Positions 1-14,219 of a stretch of DNA of 64,000 bases are shown one piece after another. The position numbers and the translations under genes are program-made. The DNA lies in contig CM060732.1 in NCBI GenBank assembly GCA_030704615.1, positions 54,436,001-54,500,000 of the forward strand, given 5' to 3'. Source of the stretch: Takakia lepidozioides. Taxonomy: Eukaryota; Plantae; Bryophyta. Under the pieces are notes generated by a model that saw nothing but the letters and a program-made list of their open reading frames with translations, had not been told where the DNA came from and did not search any database. Within the stretch, counting starts at the first letter, position 1. Each line of letters begins with the position of its first letter.

Positions 1-3000
1 AACCAAATGCGTCTCCTCTTTCTTAATCAGAAAAACAGAATAAATCCCTCACACTCAATCCTCCTCATTCCTTTATCACTTTGAATACATCTCTCACATC
101 TCTCCACATTTACAGCCTACTAGATCCAAAACAGTCACATGGCCCGTGCTTTTGCTCACTCCAAGACAAGCAAGGTTAATAACTCGTTGCACCACTTTCC
201 ATATTACACTTTACAAGATTCCAACACGGATCTCTCACACCCTCCTCCCTCTCCTTCTCTCCTCCGTCTCCTTCCTCCCCTTTATCTCTGCTCCGTCTCC
301 TCCCTCGGATGGACTCTCTTCTTTTTTTTTCCTTTTTTCTTTTCTTCTTCGTATTCATCCACTCCTCTATACACTATACACCTATTTTTACTTGTATTTG
401 TATTCTTAATTATATTTTCCATTTTCATTTCTGTGAATGTCATGATTTTCGCACCAGAGTTTCCATCGGATAACAAGGAAGAAAAAAGAATCGTGGATTT
501 ATGAAATAAGCCCAAAACAGATTTCGAGATATTTACACGCTGGATTTGAGATTTTGTGAGATTGTGAGAATACTTCCTTCACGTTAATAAATACGTACTT
601 ATTCATCCTGAGTCCTCATCCATCATAAGGGACTTCTCATCCATGTCAGGGCCGGAATCACCGCCGGTATTCTCAGTATTTCCGGTAGTTCACCTACTTA
701 CTTTCACTCATAGGCTTATTTACTGACTACTTACCATAGTCAATGTGGATGAGGGTGATAGTAGATTAGTGTAGTAAATCTGTAACTTACTAGTGATGGG
801 GGATGCTCACAAGGCCAACCGAGCGAAAGAGTTGACGGTTATGTGGATGCAAATGGACCTTTAATTTTTTAGAAATTGGGTCCTTCCAACAGCACCTGAA
901 CGGATTTATATTACTAGAAATGTATGTATTATTGGATTATTTATTTATTTATTTATTTTATTTTTGGAAATTTTCCAAATATTTCGTCGGATTTTGTATG
1001 GTGTAACGGTCGAGAGTAAGGGCCACTTTTTCACTTTACGGCTAGTACCCCTTTTGGAGGTGGGACCTATGGTGTAGGGGCCGACTTCATAGGAGGTATA
1101 AGATGTTTGAGGCAACTTCATCCAGGAACCTTAATGTTTGTTTCCATGGATGATAAATCTACTTACGGACATCTACTCATCCTTCACTCATTCCATAGTT
1201 GGTGGCACTTGGTACACCAATGTCACCGAACTGGTCGGACTTGAATTGTGTTATGTATAGACAATTCTCCGTTCTAGAGAATTTTCCGAGATGAGTAGGA
1301 CATTGGAGGGACTTTGGGACCTACTCGTCGGACTTTGAAGCGTTAAACTGCTGTCTAAACAATTTTTCGAGACGAGTCCAACATTGTAGGGACTTTCGGA
1401 CCTACTTGTCGGACTTTCGGACCTGCAGTGTAAGCAATTTTTCGCAACATGGGAGGGACTTTCGGACTTTCAAAAGTCCATCCGTCCTACGCCTTGATGC
1501 GTTTGATGGTGGGAACATTGTAATAAGATGCTTTGGACAAAGTCAGAGATGTCAGACGGAAATTTGCAAGGGACCCACGGTTACCAAATTAGGGTTCCGG
1601 TCAAAGGCAAGCGTGGGGCCCCGCCCTCAATGGTACCCTATGTTCTTACCTTCCATCCGTCAAATGTCGGTTGTCGGATGTAATATATTGTTCATCCATC
1701 TTTATCCACACAATTACCTGCTATAAGGGATTTTCCAGATGGATGAAGTGGAGGCTCAACGAATGAAAACGTACTTCATTGCCCAGGCGCGTGTTGGTTG
1801 ACGGCGTGGATAACGTGGCCTGCTTTAAACCTCTATTATTATATTATATTTTACTTCCTTTTCTCTATTTTTATAGTATATGATATATTTCTTACTTCTA
1901 TGCTTTCGGTCGGTAGAATTTATCTATCATTTATAATGTTGTGGCTAATTTCAGCTCATTTTGTGGAGGATATTAGCTCGTCATGGATGACCTCATTTTA
2001 CCATCCATGAGGAGTTTATATCCATTCAATTTTCATGCTTGTGCCCGTGTTATGTCCGCAAATCCGTAGGAGTTGATGGATCGGCTCATCGTCCATCTTG
2101 TCGCTACCAAAATACGAAAAGCGGAACCCATCAAAATACCATAGTCCTCGTGAAGAGCTCTTTGGGTGATGTCGCGAAATTCTCCATTGCTATGAGGATG
2201 AGCGCTATCTATATTTGATAGCAAGGGGCACCACATTTTTCGGATGCGATGTGGCATATGTGGATGTAAAGTAGCCAAATGTGGATGTAAAGTGCACTCA
2301 TCATGACAGACTATGTCCGATAGAGCTCCGCCTTGGTACATCCAGTATTCCGGTATACCCTTTTCAGAGGTTATTTTTTCCTCTTTGTTCCCCCTTCAAA
2401 ATTTTAATATATTCTCCAGGGCCTCTGTCCCCTGTTGCTAAAAATATTAAAAAAAAAAAAGGGGTATTCCCCCTTCTCTTGAGCTGTATCTAGTCCATCA
2501 TCACCAATCATCAATCCGTCCCAACCCTGCCAATGATGTTACCCACACTTTTGCTTCAGTATTGTCAAAAAAATATGATCACCTACTATTCATCCACCAT
2601 CCATCCATCGTCCATGGACTGACAGGTCTCATCCATGACTCTAGTCAAACACGTCCACTTGGTTGTGCAGAATATGACAAAAAGGCCACTTTTCATTTTC
2701 TTAATTTATTTTCATACAAAATTTAATTACTTACTAAATAATCATAAGTCTTACTAACCTAGTAAATCGAAGTAGAGGAAAGTAAGAGGAAACAGGATGG
2801 ATGGCAAAGTAAAAACGGCGAAATAGAGGGGGATGGATGACGAACGCGAGTCGTAGATGAGAGTGACTAGACATGCGCTGGAGCGGATGAATGTTTACCC
2901 TGTCTATCTCATACGCTCGTACCTCACCTGACAGACCGTATAGTATACCATGTGAGGTGGCAAGGTATGAATGGACGCTTTGCGTCCACTGATTGCGGGC

Positions 3001-3250
3001 GCGTGTCGGCCGGATTAGCGAGGAGGTGGCGAGATGGATGGAATCATCCACTCAGAAATGGCGGTGGTCGCCAAAGGGAGGGTAGCGGAGGGCAGGATGG
3101 CGGCGCCGCCGTAAAAGGCTGAAAAGCGCGTCAGTTCCGACCGAAATCTGGCGCGGCCTGCCAAAATGGCGGGCCTTTAATGTAGCGCTGCCTGAATGCT
3201 CAGCGGCTCTCGGGAGTCGGATAAGATGGAGTTTCTAATTATTATTAATC
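1..3250. repeat. Non-coding, probably TE-derived region rich in GGATG/CATCC motifs, with three degenerate ~80-bp tandem units at ~1280-1470
   Basis: No credible ORF; recurring GGGACTTT(C/G)GGAC core, followed by CTAC..GTCGGACTTT in the first two units; dense GGATGA/TCATCC motifs. Confidence 0.4.
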
Positions 3251-6200
3251 TTTTTCATCCGGTTTGAACTTTGTTGTAGATATTTTGGTTGGGGAGGTTA
3301 CGTGTTGTTGGTGACGTGGAAGAGAGGAAGGCAGTTACAGGCGGAATGTGCAGCAGGAGAAGCAAGCAGGCATGATGGCGCGTGTGGGGCAGAGAGGACA
3401 AGCAGCATCAATGCGACGGGAGCAGTGCAGAGCGGATCGATCCATGGCGGCCATGAGATCCATGACGGCCGAAGTGGCAGGGAAGGGGCACGAGCCCACG
3501 TCGCGACGAGAGAGACGATCGGGGGCTCAGGTCTTAAATGTGCGTCTTGGCACACTCCCAAGTCTGTGTGATCGAGCGAGTCTTGTGCATCCAGTTGCCG
3601 TGGTCAGCTGGACCCACACTTGTGGAATGAATGAAAGGAACAGAGGGGACCCAGTCTCCCTCCCTCTCTAGACTCTGGCAGAATATCAGAATAAGAACCA
3701 GAATGTCAAAGACTCGAGAGGTATTCATGAATCATGGAAAGCTGGAAGGTAAGTGAATACTTACCTTATCAACATTGATGCTCCATGGATGCGGTTGAAC
3801 GGAGCTTGTTCGTGCACGGGTACGCATCAGCATCCGGTGGAGTCAGATTGCGAGGGGCAATGTGATGGATTGAACAGTGGCCCCCCAGTGGCCCAGCTGT
3901 GGGATTGACCTTCAACTCTGCGAACACCGTTATGGAATGTGGACCCTTGAGCTTCTGTAGAGCATGCGGTGAACTGTCGGATGTTGTGAGAGTAATTGGG
4001 CATGTGGGTTTCTAGTTGCTACGTGCTTCAGTAATGGACGGAACTGCAGACTTGTGTGCAGCCCTGGCATGCCAGCCCACCTCGTAGAACAGGCTGTAGC
4101 TTTGACAAGTAATTTTGTGGGTGATCCAGCTATGGATGGAAGAGCAGTTGGTGGAGATGCCATCCCATTGGTCCGTGGGGTATTGGACTCCGAGCTCTGG
4201 AGTGTACTGCAATCTGTGAGAGAACAGCTATGAAATGAACAGATCAGAAAGGTTCCAGTACAGAAAGACTGTTATGTTGCGTTGCAGTTCCATGAGTGTC
4301 CCATGAATGAATGGAGACGACATAGTTTTTGACCTTTCTTGTGAAATGCTTATAGTATTTTCCATGATGAATTCCTGGTAAGGAGATCAGATTTCAGTTG
4401 TAGCAGTACATTCTAATCTCAAGAAACAGTTGGCTGTGTTGCAAACTTGGTGTGAAACATGATCATTTTTCTTCACACATTTTCATCCATGATGATCATC
4501 ACTTTCTGGTTGTCCAACCTCCCAACAACAATTACAATGAGATAACCTTGAGTATAGTGCCACCCACCTCATGCCAAACATATGGGTCGCGACGACTCCA
4601 CCGACGATTTTTGCAGGCTTTTGCACCGTGCCAATCATGTTGCTGATGTCACATTGTTCAGTTTTAAAGGTCTAGAATTCCTCACTCCAAAAGGAGAGGA
4701 GTGGAGAGGAGAGGAAAGGCAGTTTGACTAAGCAGAAACAAGACAAATCCTCAAGTGAGGATAGGAAGATCTTCGACAAAAAGGAGAGCAATGATCAGCG
4801 TTGCAGGCCAAGGCCAAACCCATCCCACTTGAGCACGAGTAACATCATCGCCTGCTAAGGGGGAGGCACTCATTAACATGCAGCCCCATTGGTGACTCTT
4901 AGGGAAGTGGCTCTTATCTGGCTGGAATCTTCTCTCTCTCATACCACCATGAGTTCTCCAGGGGAATCAAAGAGTGGTGATTCCCTTTGAAGTGGCAGTA
5001 ATTAGGGACTTGAGGGAAAGAAAAAAGGGAGAAGAGAAGTAATCAAGGCGAAGGTCCTTTGAAGAAAGTGGAGAAAAATATGAGCTCGGAGTAGCCGTAA
5101 AGCTCTACAAGAACAGCCAACAAGGGCTGGCTAGTAACTGACATTGTCTCCTGCAAACTGGTAGCCATAGACCATGCCAGCATCAGAAGCCAAAACCAAA
5201 GTCTTCCAAACCGGCCTCTGCTTTGGAAAATATTCGTGGAGATAGTCACCAAATTGGGTTGAAAGCCAGGCTATCAGCAACCACCCTTATGACCTTGACT
5301 CTTGGGAGGCAACTCCAATGGAATTTCAAAGGACAAGTGTACTCGAGCCTTCTTTCATTTCTTCCTCCTTGGCTAAGTTGATCATGCTTTCGATCTCTTC
5401 CAACCTTTTAAATCCAGAGAGTATTTATCATCAGTGGGAATGAGTTCACTCCAAAGCACCCTGTTCCACACTCCTGTAGGAAGTTTGCAAAAGAAGAGAG
5501 CGAGTAAACATGTCCTGGCTGCATTTGATATGTTACGAGAGATGGACCGGACTGAAGAGCACTGCAGAATCAAGAGGGAATGCATCATGTGGGGTTTGAG
5601 GCCCGCTATGTCTATGTGGAACAAGCGGAAATCTCGTTTGTCCGCCACCTGCAAAGTTCCTGATCCTTATCTCTCATTTCCATCAATTCACCCCTCAACA
5701 CTTTTTTCTCTTGCCTCACTTTAGCTACGATTTTGATTACACATATCATTGCAATGCAACAGCTTCGAGTAATCCAGCACAAAACGAAACCCTTGATGGC
5801 CCCAGGAACAAAATTAAGCCCAACCATCTACTGAGAAAATGCAAAAGATCAAGGCAAGTATTCAGTAGTGTTCAGTAGTATTCAGTAGTATTCAGAAGAC
5901 ACTTAGAAACACTTCCTGAGATTTTCCAGGAACAAAGGTTTCCGTGCTTGTATTATTGTCAGAAACTTGCTCAGCTGGGGACCAGTGATCCCCGCACGCT
6001 TCGCAAAACAAAAAATTCCAGTACAGCCAACACTGTACCTGCAATCAGCCACTATGTATGAGCTCTTAAATTACAAAGTGACACCAGAAAATTGTGTGAA
6101 GTGGCTATTATATTAAACGACCCATGTAACTGCATCCTTCAGAGCTACCCTTCACATAATTATGAAAAGTCCTGTTAGATATCAGCCATATCTATAAGCA

Positions 6201-7216
6201 CACCAGACATTCAGTAGGGCACAGCCACTGGCCTGCGCAAGTAAAACCCCCACTAAAGTATATCCAACTATCACTAAAGAGAAGCACCATATGGATATGG
6301 CACCTTGTAACCAGCTTGTGCATATCACCAACTCAGTTTGGACTTTTGGGGAGGTTTAGATAACTCTTTGAGCTTATGTGCTTGCATTATAGCCAGATCA
6401 TGCCTTGGACTCATAGCACAACAAATATAAGAGCAGTTAAGCTTGATCCGTGCACTTGCCTGCTGCATGCTTGAACATGGACGCCATCAATGTAGCCATA
6501 GCTTGTCACTCACAGCTTGCCAATAAGGCCCATAGACAAAGTACCCCCTTCGCCCCTTGAACAAACAAGATCCGAGCATCAGATACAGATAAATTATAAG
6601 TTTCATCTGCAACTGAGCAGCTACCACCCACAGAAAATTAGAAAACATCAGTTAAGTGGGTCCCCATGACACCTCTGGTAAAAATAAGAAGTACGAACGC
6701 ACCTATCCAACGCACTCACACTGTGGTTATGGTTCAATATGCGTATCGGTATACTTTGTAGAAAATGAGCGAACACAATTCAGGAGTGCTATGACCGTCC
6801 ATACCCCTACCATGAGAACCTGCAACAAACAACATGACTTTTCTACTTTGTTGTAGCGAGACTCTCTTTGATCTATGTGTCAAGCTTGTGATTATGCCAT
6901 CCACTAGTTGATGGTTCCACATATTTCTTGCACAAACCATCCCAGAGCTCATTGTGGGGTTTCAATCCATCAAGCTCAACGCAAAGTTGATTATAATGCA
7001 AGCACACTCAATGACATCAAGTTGAAGAGAACTAAGTGATGGTATATGCAATGACATTGGCAAAGACAGCATCCAGCAGTATAGCCATAGCCCTCCAGCG
7101 AGCAAGAAATGTTGGCTGTCGTTGCTTTGCCAATAGAAAGATAGGAAAGTATAGGGTGGAGAGATAAGAGAGAGAGAGATACTCACAATGGTTCAATTCC
7201 TAGTCAAACACAAGCA

Positions 7217-10200
7217 TCACATATCCATATGGAGGCCTGAAAAGCCAGTGGTAGAGTCTCCATCATCATGCTCCAAGATAAAAGTCACTGCCGTCACCAC
7301 CAGCCTGCATCCACTTGTCCAGGCATGGGTGACTCCTCTTCATTTCGTAAACATCCAAAACATGAAGGCAGGTGCAGCGAAAAAGAAAGTGGGGGTGAAC
7401 CTCGTGACTGTAATGGAGAGGCAAGTAACAACATCAGAGAAAAAGAAGAGCTCACCCCCAACGAGTGTAGTGATGCATAGCCTTTCTCAGAGAAGGACAG
7501 CCATCAGCATCCTGTAGACCAAGTTGCACATACCTTACTTCACAATCCACCTACATAACCTTTCTCCTTTAGGAAAGGCTCCAAAGAAGACCAAGGCACA
7601 AGGATTCCAAAACCAGGGCTAACAAAAAGGCTCTGAGAACCTACCTACTTGTTTAGCTGTTGTAAATTGCATCAGATTGACCTCCAACTTCAGCAGACAT
7701 GTAGCACAAACTGAAGGGCTGAAATCAACAAAAGAATGACGAATGACCCGCCTCAACAAGACTTTCTTTCTCCAGGCAGATCTCTTGTCAACCCCCTGCC
7801 CCTTTGCAGAGACTAAGTGCCTACCCAAGGATGGGTGGTTTAAATCCTGGGAGCTTAACTAGAGTTGAATTCTTGAAAAAAAATTCATAAACATTCCAAA
7901 GCTTCATAAGAAAGCTAAGCAATGAATATATTTCCAGCCAGTTCTTCCAAACATGGCTAGTTCTGGGTGCAGGCACGTACTGGGTGATAGCTTGATGGCC
8001 TCTCACTTGTATAAGGGTTTGGCAGCTATATCAAACCAGGGTTCCAAGCACATCTGGAGGCATACACGAATGCCAAATTAGCTGGCACAGAGAAAGAAAA
8101 GCGGAAGATGAAACAACCACCACCAAGTCATAAGGATGGTCGGTATCTCCCAAAGATTTTGAGATTAAGATTGTAATTCTAAACCCCTACCAGATCATTA
8201 TACCCCTTTCTAAATGCACAAGACCATAACGCAACTTGACGAACCAGATCATTCCCATATATGGTTACTAATATAAGCCTTGATTTTGATTAAAAAAAAA
8301 ATGGCAGGATGTATCTATTATGTCTCTGGAAACAAACTCAAGTGGGACAGCTTGAGTCAACATCAAGATTGATTGACAGTCCACTTCACAACGGTGAACT
8401 ACACACATTTGCTGTGTAACCAGGAGCCCATGGCAAGGTGCTATCGCTGCTTCGATAAGACCTCAACTGCATCCCTACCTTATCTCTTGTTCCCCTCTTG
8501 CTTTCTCTCACTTCAGTCTTCCTCAGACACTTGCTAGTTTCTGAAAGATATACAAGCCAGTTGTGGCTCCTACAATACTCCTCCACATTCCAACTTGCAC
8601 TGACAATAAAAGCCAAAACAAACAAAAAGTAGAACACCACAAAAAGCAAGGCTGTCACCTACACAACAATACTTGTTTGACCAGAGGTTGAAGATCCAAA
8701 CCTGTAGATGACAATCAAAAAGAGGAGAAGATAGAAGCCAAGCTTCACCAATCGATACTTCTTCTCATGGTCAAGCTGATTGAATATTTCCGTGACATCC
8801 ACCAAGTGCTGCTTCTTCAAATATCTGGGCCCACTCATTTTCATGAGCCCACAACAATCCTGCCTGCCTTTTGCAAGGTTGTAAAATAAAAAAGACTAAA
8901 GAGATTTGAGACTCCAAAGCTGAACGGTACTACTGAGAAATAATCTTTGGTCTCTCTGTCGCATTCATCCTAATGTCAGTGGACAGGGTACTACAAAGAA
9001 GTTTTCTTTTGCATTCATCATATTGTCAAAGTGATCCCCCAGAAAGTGATAATGAGTGATGTCATAACGTGAGTGGCATTGAGGGGTTGAAGGCAAGTAT
9101 TAACATGATGCACGTACACTAATACTACAGCTGGACAGTTATTGTGAGAAAGACTCACAAGCGGGCATGATAGTAGACAAGAGGGGCATTGAGCAAGAAC
9201 ATAAGCCAATGGCCAAATATGAGGAAGATGCAGCACAACGCTCCGTGAAGTGCTAACTCTGGGAGCACAAATCTGTTGATTCGTGTCGCTGAATCAAATG
9301 GATTGATGTAATCGAATTCTAGGTCTGACAAACACATGAGCTGCCACCCACCCACCAAACAAGGAAGCAAAAGTCAATAGCTTATAAACTCCGGCAAATG
9401 TAACATACATGTAGCTTCACATACGCGCAATGCAAATTACAACCCCTGTCAAACCCCAAACCAGTTACCATTAAGGTCATTTAACAGCAAAGGCTGTTTG
9501 TTCTGCTTTCAGCATCAAAGAGCAAAAGTTTAATTCACTTGGGGATATGGACATAATCCAGTCACACAATATTATTATACCTGCTTTGTTCACAAGGCCT
9601 TGATCTTTTCACTTCAAAAAAAAGAAACTATCATAAAAACCATGTAGTCACCTTTTAAAATATCTAAAAGTAAAATGTTATAAGTTGTCATTTCATAACT
9701 GTCAGTGGTCCTTGTACTACAGTCCTATTTTGTGTCCTCACAAGCCCAAGGCCAAAAGAGTATAATTATGCCAAACAACTTTCTTTTAGGTCCATGTCTG
9801 CAATTACACCTAGGTGACAACACAGAGTCCATACCTCCATCCAAGTTACACCTTCATAAAGACTTCAGCAGATATTGTCCTCCAATGGCAACCATCACAA
9901 ACAACATCCAACAAGGAGTCGTGACAATGGCAGTTGATCTAGGGGGCAATCTATGTCTACAACTTCCAGAAAGTTTCACTTTTCATCCCTGTTATACATT
10001 ACACCAGCCCCCTGTTGCAGCTTGACATTCTTATAATTCGCTGGGAAGAGGTAGGTCTACCAGATGTCTAAGTCCACCATGATCTGTTAGGCTAAACCAA
10101 CATCAGCATCTCCAACAATCTCTTTCGTGGAGGTGCTCTGTTGCATGCCCTCCATCCACCTATTAAGGTTGCATTTGTGCCCAAATAGGTCATTACCATC

Positions 10201-11031
10201 TCACAAAGACACTGTCAATGATTTAAACTTCTCACTGGGAATAACAAACAATAAACAGCATGAAGCCACTACTGTAGCCCATTCAGCATGTGGAAATGGA
10301 AGTGTCATGAAAGATAAAGCCAAATTTTGATGGGAACATTTCCTTGTGAAATTTAAAGTGAGACCAACACCTCTCCCTAAGGTCTATAAATAACGTCCAC
10401 AAGAACAGGTGACAACAAGAGAGAAAATTATCGGAGGCCTTAAAGAGGTGACACAACCCTCTCTTTATCTCCCCTGTGTTCAACAGCTTCTGCTGTCCCT
10501 CGACGCTCCCGAGTACAATACCCCTTCATGCTACACTTTCCACTTACAGGTGAGAATGACATTCCTTTTCTCACCCTGGTCAGTCCAAGTAGACCCTCTC
10601 ACACTTTAAGAGGCTCTAACAAATTCTATGAGCTTCCTGATGTACACGAAGTGAAAAACGGTCTACCGTGTCCCTAATGTTCAAGTTACTGTATTCAGGG
10701 AGTAAATTCGTGTCCTCAATGTAAGTACCCACGAAATTCCCCCGACTCCCACTTCACCCCTCTCGAGCTATCCCTCGGTCTCAAGTCATCCGTTCTGGAC
10801 CTATAGTTTCTTTGCATACATCGCATTCAAACGGTTTTAGGGAATGTCTAGGTCAAGCACCTTAATCGCGCTGTAGCAACTATCAGACATGAAAAAATCA
10901 GATTTCAAGTCTTACGTTTCGTCAGAGGCGTCTAATGACGACCTTGCTGTACATACCTGGTACACAAGAATACCGAGAAGACTGCAAACTGCAAAGAAGG
11001 CGATGAGCCACAAGACAAGCTCCCCGGCCAT
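7217..11031 (-). CDS. CNIH: Cornichon family ER cargo receptor, 4 exons (10957-11031, 9159-9340, 8702-8824, 7217-7304)
   Basis: Spliced translation MAGELVLWLIAFF..LVYQ|LMCLSDLEFDYINPFDSATRIN..HARL|YLKKQHLVDVTEIFNQL..IVIYR|LVVTAVTFILEHDDG..DM*; GT-AG introns with consistent phases. Confidence 0.92.
7530..8100 (-). mobile_element. Possible decayed LINE 3' fragment (zf-RVT-like) in cornichon intron 3
   Basis: Remnant WRKKVLLRRVIRHSF..CATCLL resembles the C-terminus of plant L1 ORF2; heavily degenerate. Confidence 0.3.
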
Positions 11032-11202
11032 GCCCTGCCTCTCAAATCGCTCAAGCAAACCGCTCTTGCTCTCCCAAAACTTTCCGTCTCCCCCACATTC
11101 CAAACCCTAAAAACTGATTCCCAGTCTCCTAAACTTATGTTCCCATAAATGGATGAATGATACTATCGACTGGTCTCATCCATTACAGTGATCCCTCCGA
11201 AT

Positions 11203-11724
11203 CAGTGTTTGAAAAACAAAACACTGCCTCCGTGTTTTTATTTCTGGCGAAATTTCGCACTTTTTCGACCTCAAAAACGAATCACCAACAGTCAGTAGCT
11301 CAGTTGGTTAAGTGCTCTGAGTGCCACCCAGATGATTCTGGGGTCAAATCTTGCTACTTGACGGGTGTGGTATTCTCTTCTCCCCTTCCCTGGCCGGTGT
11401 CCCACTTGTTCGTCTCCATGGCACATAAATGAAAGAGGCTATTTTCTCCTCTCACTAGAGGGGCCTGATTTGTGAGTTTCCCTTAAAAAAAACCAAAAAA
11501 AAAAAACAATCGAATATTCTGTCGTAAATTCCCTATTTTCTCATGGATGAAATCGCCAAAATTCTCCAAAAAAAATAAACTGAGGATGAATTCGCCTAAC
11601 ATGGATGATATAAATGGATGAAAGTTCAGAGGAGGATGATTCTGTCGAAATTTCAGTGGATGAACAGAAAATATGGCTATTTCCTGCAAAACATTATTTT
11701 CCAAATTTGAAAAAAAAAACACTG
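11203..11724. mobile_element. hAT-like MITE between cornichon and USP genes
   Basis: Ends CAGTGTTT...AAACACTG; flanks cctccgaat / cctccgat resemble an ~8-bp TSD. Confidence 0.5.
11286..11506 (+). mobile_element. tRNA-derived SINE nested in the MITE
   Basis: A-box TAGCTCAGTTGG, degenerate B-box GGGTCAAATC, A-rich tail at ~11485-11506. Confidence 0.5.
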
Positions 11725-11758
11725 CCTCCGATGACGAGGCAGCTGGTCCTCAATTTTC

Positions 11759-11905
11759 CACGTGTCAGTATGTGACATAATAGGATAAAGATCTACCACG
11801 TGTCGTCATCGGAATAAGATCTGATGGCCAGAATTCGGAATGTCCTTTTACGTACGAGGTCCCACCTTATATTTGTCGGGAGACCGGCTGCGTACCGGAC
11901 ACGTG
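11759..11905 (+). promoter_or_regulatory. Three G-box/ABRE motifs upstream of the USP gene
   Basis: CACGTG at 11759, 11797 and 11900, each in ACGTGTC (ABRE) context on one strand. Confidence 0.45.
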
Positions 11906-12121
11906 CCAGAAGCGTAATGCGACCGGAGATGACCGGTGATGCATGAAGCTTGCGGGTGTGAAGGTGGGCAAGAGGAGGGAGAGAGGCTCTGTGGATTCTG
12001 TGCACTGTGCGAGAATTTGTGAGAATTTGTGAGAGGAAACGAAGGATTCAGTGGATTAATTGGAGAGAAATTGAGAGGGAGAGAGAGAGAGAGAGAGAAA
12101 GGGAAGGAGGACGGTCGATAG

Positions 12122-14219
12122 ATGGATATGGACGGAATTCCAGAAAGCGAGGCGGTACAACCCGAACTCGAGCATGAAACATGTCAGCGGAGGCGGGGAA
12201 GGGACGTCTTGGTGGCCATTGATCATGGTCCTCAGAGTCGTGCAGCCTTCGAGTGGGCCCTAACACATTTTCTGCGCTTGGCGGATACTCTCCATCTTGT
12301 CCATGTTCTTCCCAGTTGTGTGTCTTATCCTCGCTCAGTCCTTAGGATTCTCTTCAAACATTCTAACTTGGATTCCGCTGAGTTCTTCCATGATGTAGTT
12401 TTGTGTGTCCTCCTGCAAACACTATTGTTGCTAGGGAGGAATAGCAACAGCTCTTAGTGTGCGACAATCCTGGAGCAATTGCTGCAAAATGCCGACCATG
12501 GCCAAGTATAGGGTTAAATTACTGGCGTGAACGAGAGATTGTGACTGAAGAGTCACTTGACAGCTTTCGTGGCTTGTGTCTTGTCTCTTCTACATGTACG
12601 CGCGCAGTGACAGACCTTGAGTGTGTTAGGAGCTGAATATATTTTCAATAGTTTGGCAAATTGGAAATTATCTCGTGCTTTGAAGCCATGAACATAGACA
12701 TAGTAAATCCTGCACATGGAAGTAAGGTTCTATAAATGTTTAGCCCTTCTGTTACAAGGCAGAAGTGCAATGTAAACCAACATTGAAATCTCAAACATCA
12801 TCGCACATTCAGCTCATTTTTTTCCTGGTGAGTCGTCTCAACTTGTTCCCTCTCTGATGAGGCATGCTTGTCTAACAGAGCCCGAAGCGGAGTACGAACA
12901 GCATATTACTAAGTCCAATGACGATGAAGGCATTTGGCAGGCCTCCCAATTGTTGATGGAGCAACTTTGCAAAGAAGCCTATGAGGTGGCCATGGTGGGA
13001 TTCTCTTTCTCTGTCCTGCCTTACATGCATGTTCATACCTTCTATATATGACCAGAGTTAGGCACTGGTGCATTGTGGCAACGGTAAAGAACCTGAAGGA
13101 TTGATTTTTCTGCAGATTACGGTGCTGGATACACTTACAATAGCGAAAATCCTGTTATGACAATTTCTGTGATCTAAAAGTTGACAGATCAAAATTACAC
13201 CATCCGTCTGTTCTTTAATAATGGGATGAATTAAAACTGCATGTCGTCACTGTTAAATTAGAGATAGTTCTTTAATCCTTGAATACTTGAGACCGAGATA
13301 TTCGGTCCAGAATTATCAAGTACCTGTGTCTTCCAGATGTAAGGAAAAAGTGATACAAGAGTGTTGCTATCGTCAGTGCTGTGAAAAAGCATGGTCACCA
13401 CCATATTGCATCTGGACAATCCAGCTTCAAATGTGGTGAAGTTGATAAGAGTGTAACCCCTTACTAATGGAATTTAGAGGACGTACTGATTGGTGTTAGC
13501 TTTGGTGTGGACTTCTAGAACAGGTACAGACAAAGGTGCATTTTCTGGATGGCGATGTGGGCAAGGCCATTTGTGCTGAGGCTTCACGACTCCAGGCTCC
13601 GGCGGTCATCATGGGCAACCATGGCCATGGCCTGGTTAGAAGGTAGCATTACACACTGTAACTTCATGTGCTAGCTAACAATCTTTATTATGATGTAGCT
13701 GCAGCCTTGAAGCAAAACCTGTGAAATGTTCTTCCAATGCTGCATCCAAACTGTTGCACATGCTGTGAAGATGTGTCAATGCACACGAGTGCAAATTGAA
13801 AAAGCTCTGATACTGCTCAATGGGACTGAATAGGATGAAGCTACAAATGGAAACTGTTGAGGTTGTTGGCAATCCCAATAGGAGGCCATGTAACGACATT
13901 GTGTTTCCAACAGTCAGTTTATAGGTAGTATGCTGTGAAAGATGGAAGAAAGGACATGTTGCGTCCTTAATGACAAATTTTAGTTGTGGCGCAGCAGAGT
14001 GGCATGGTAATGGCACATAGAAAGGAAGCTAAAGAACTCATAATTCTGGGCTACCCACTGATGCTACAATGCGCCTGATGGTTGTGTGTGGCTGGGGCTT
14101 GTGGACAGTGTTGTGATGGGAAGTGTTACCGAGTATTGTAGTCGGCACTGCTCCTCTCCAATTGTCATTGTACCCTACCACGGTAGACACCTGTCACAGG
14201 GAGAACTTTTCCTGACATG
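12122..14219 (+). CDS. Universal stress protein A-like; exons ~12122-12314, 12879-12994, 13524-13642, 14109-14219 (3' end uncertain)
   Basis: GRDVLVAIDHGPQSRAAFEWAL..LHLVHV; GDVGKAICAEASRL..VIMGNHGHG; MGSVTEYCSRHCSSPIVIVP. Confidence 0.88.

Noticed and set aside
3300-6000. Protein-coding gene
   Set aside because: Only short ORFs with no recognisable motif or consistent exon chain.
11291-11360. tRNA gene
   Set aside because: Degenerate B-box, no acceptor-stem pairing, and a downstream body with poly(A); better explained as a SINE.
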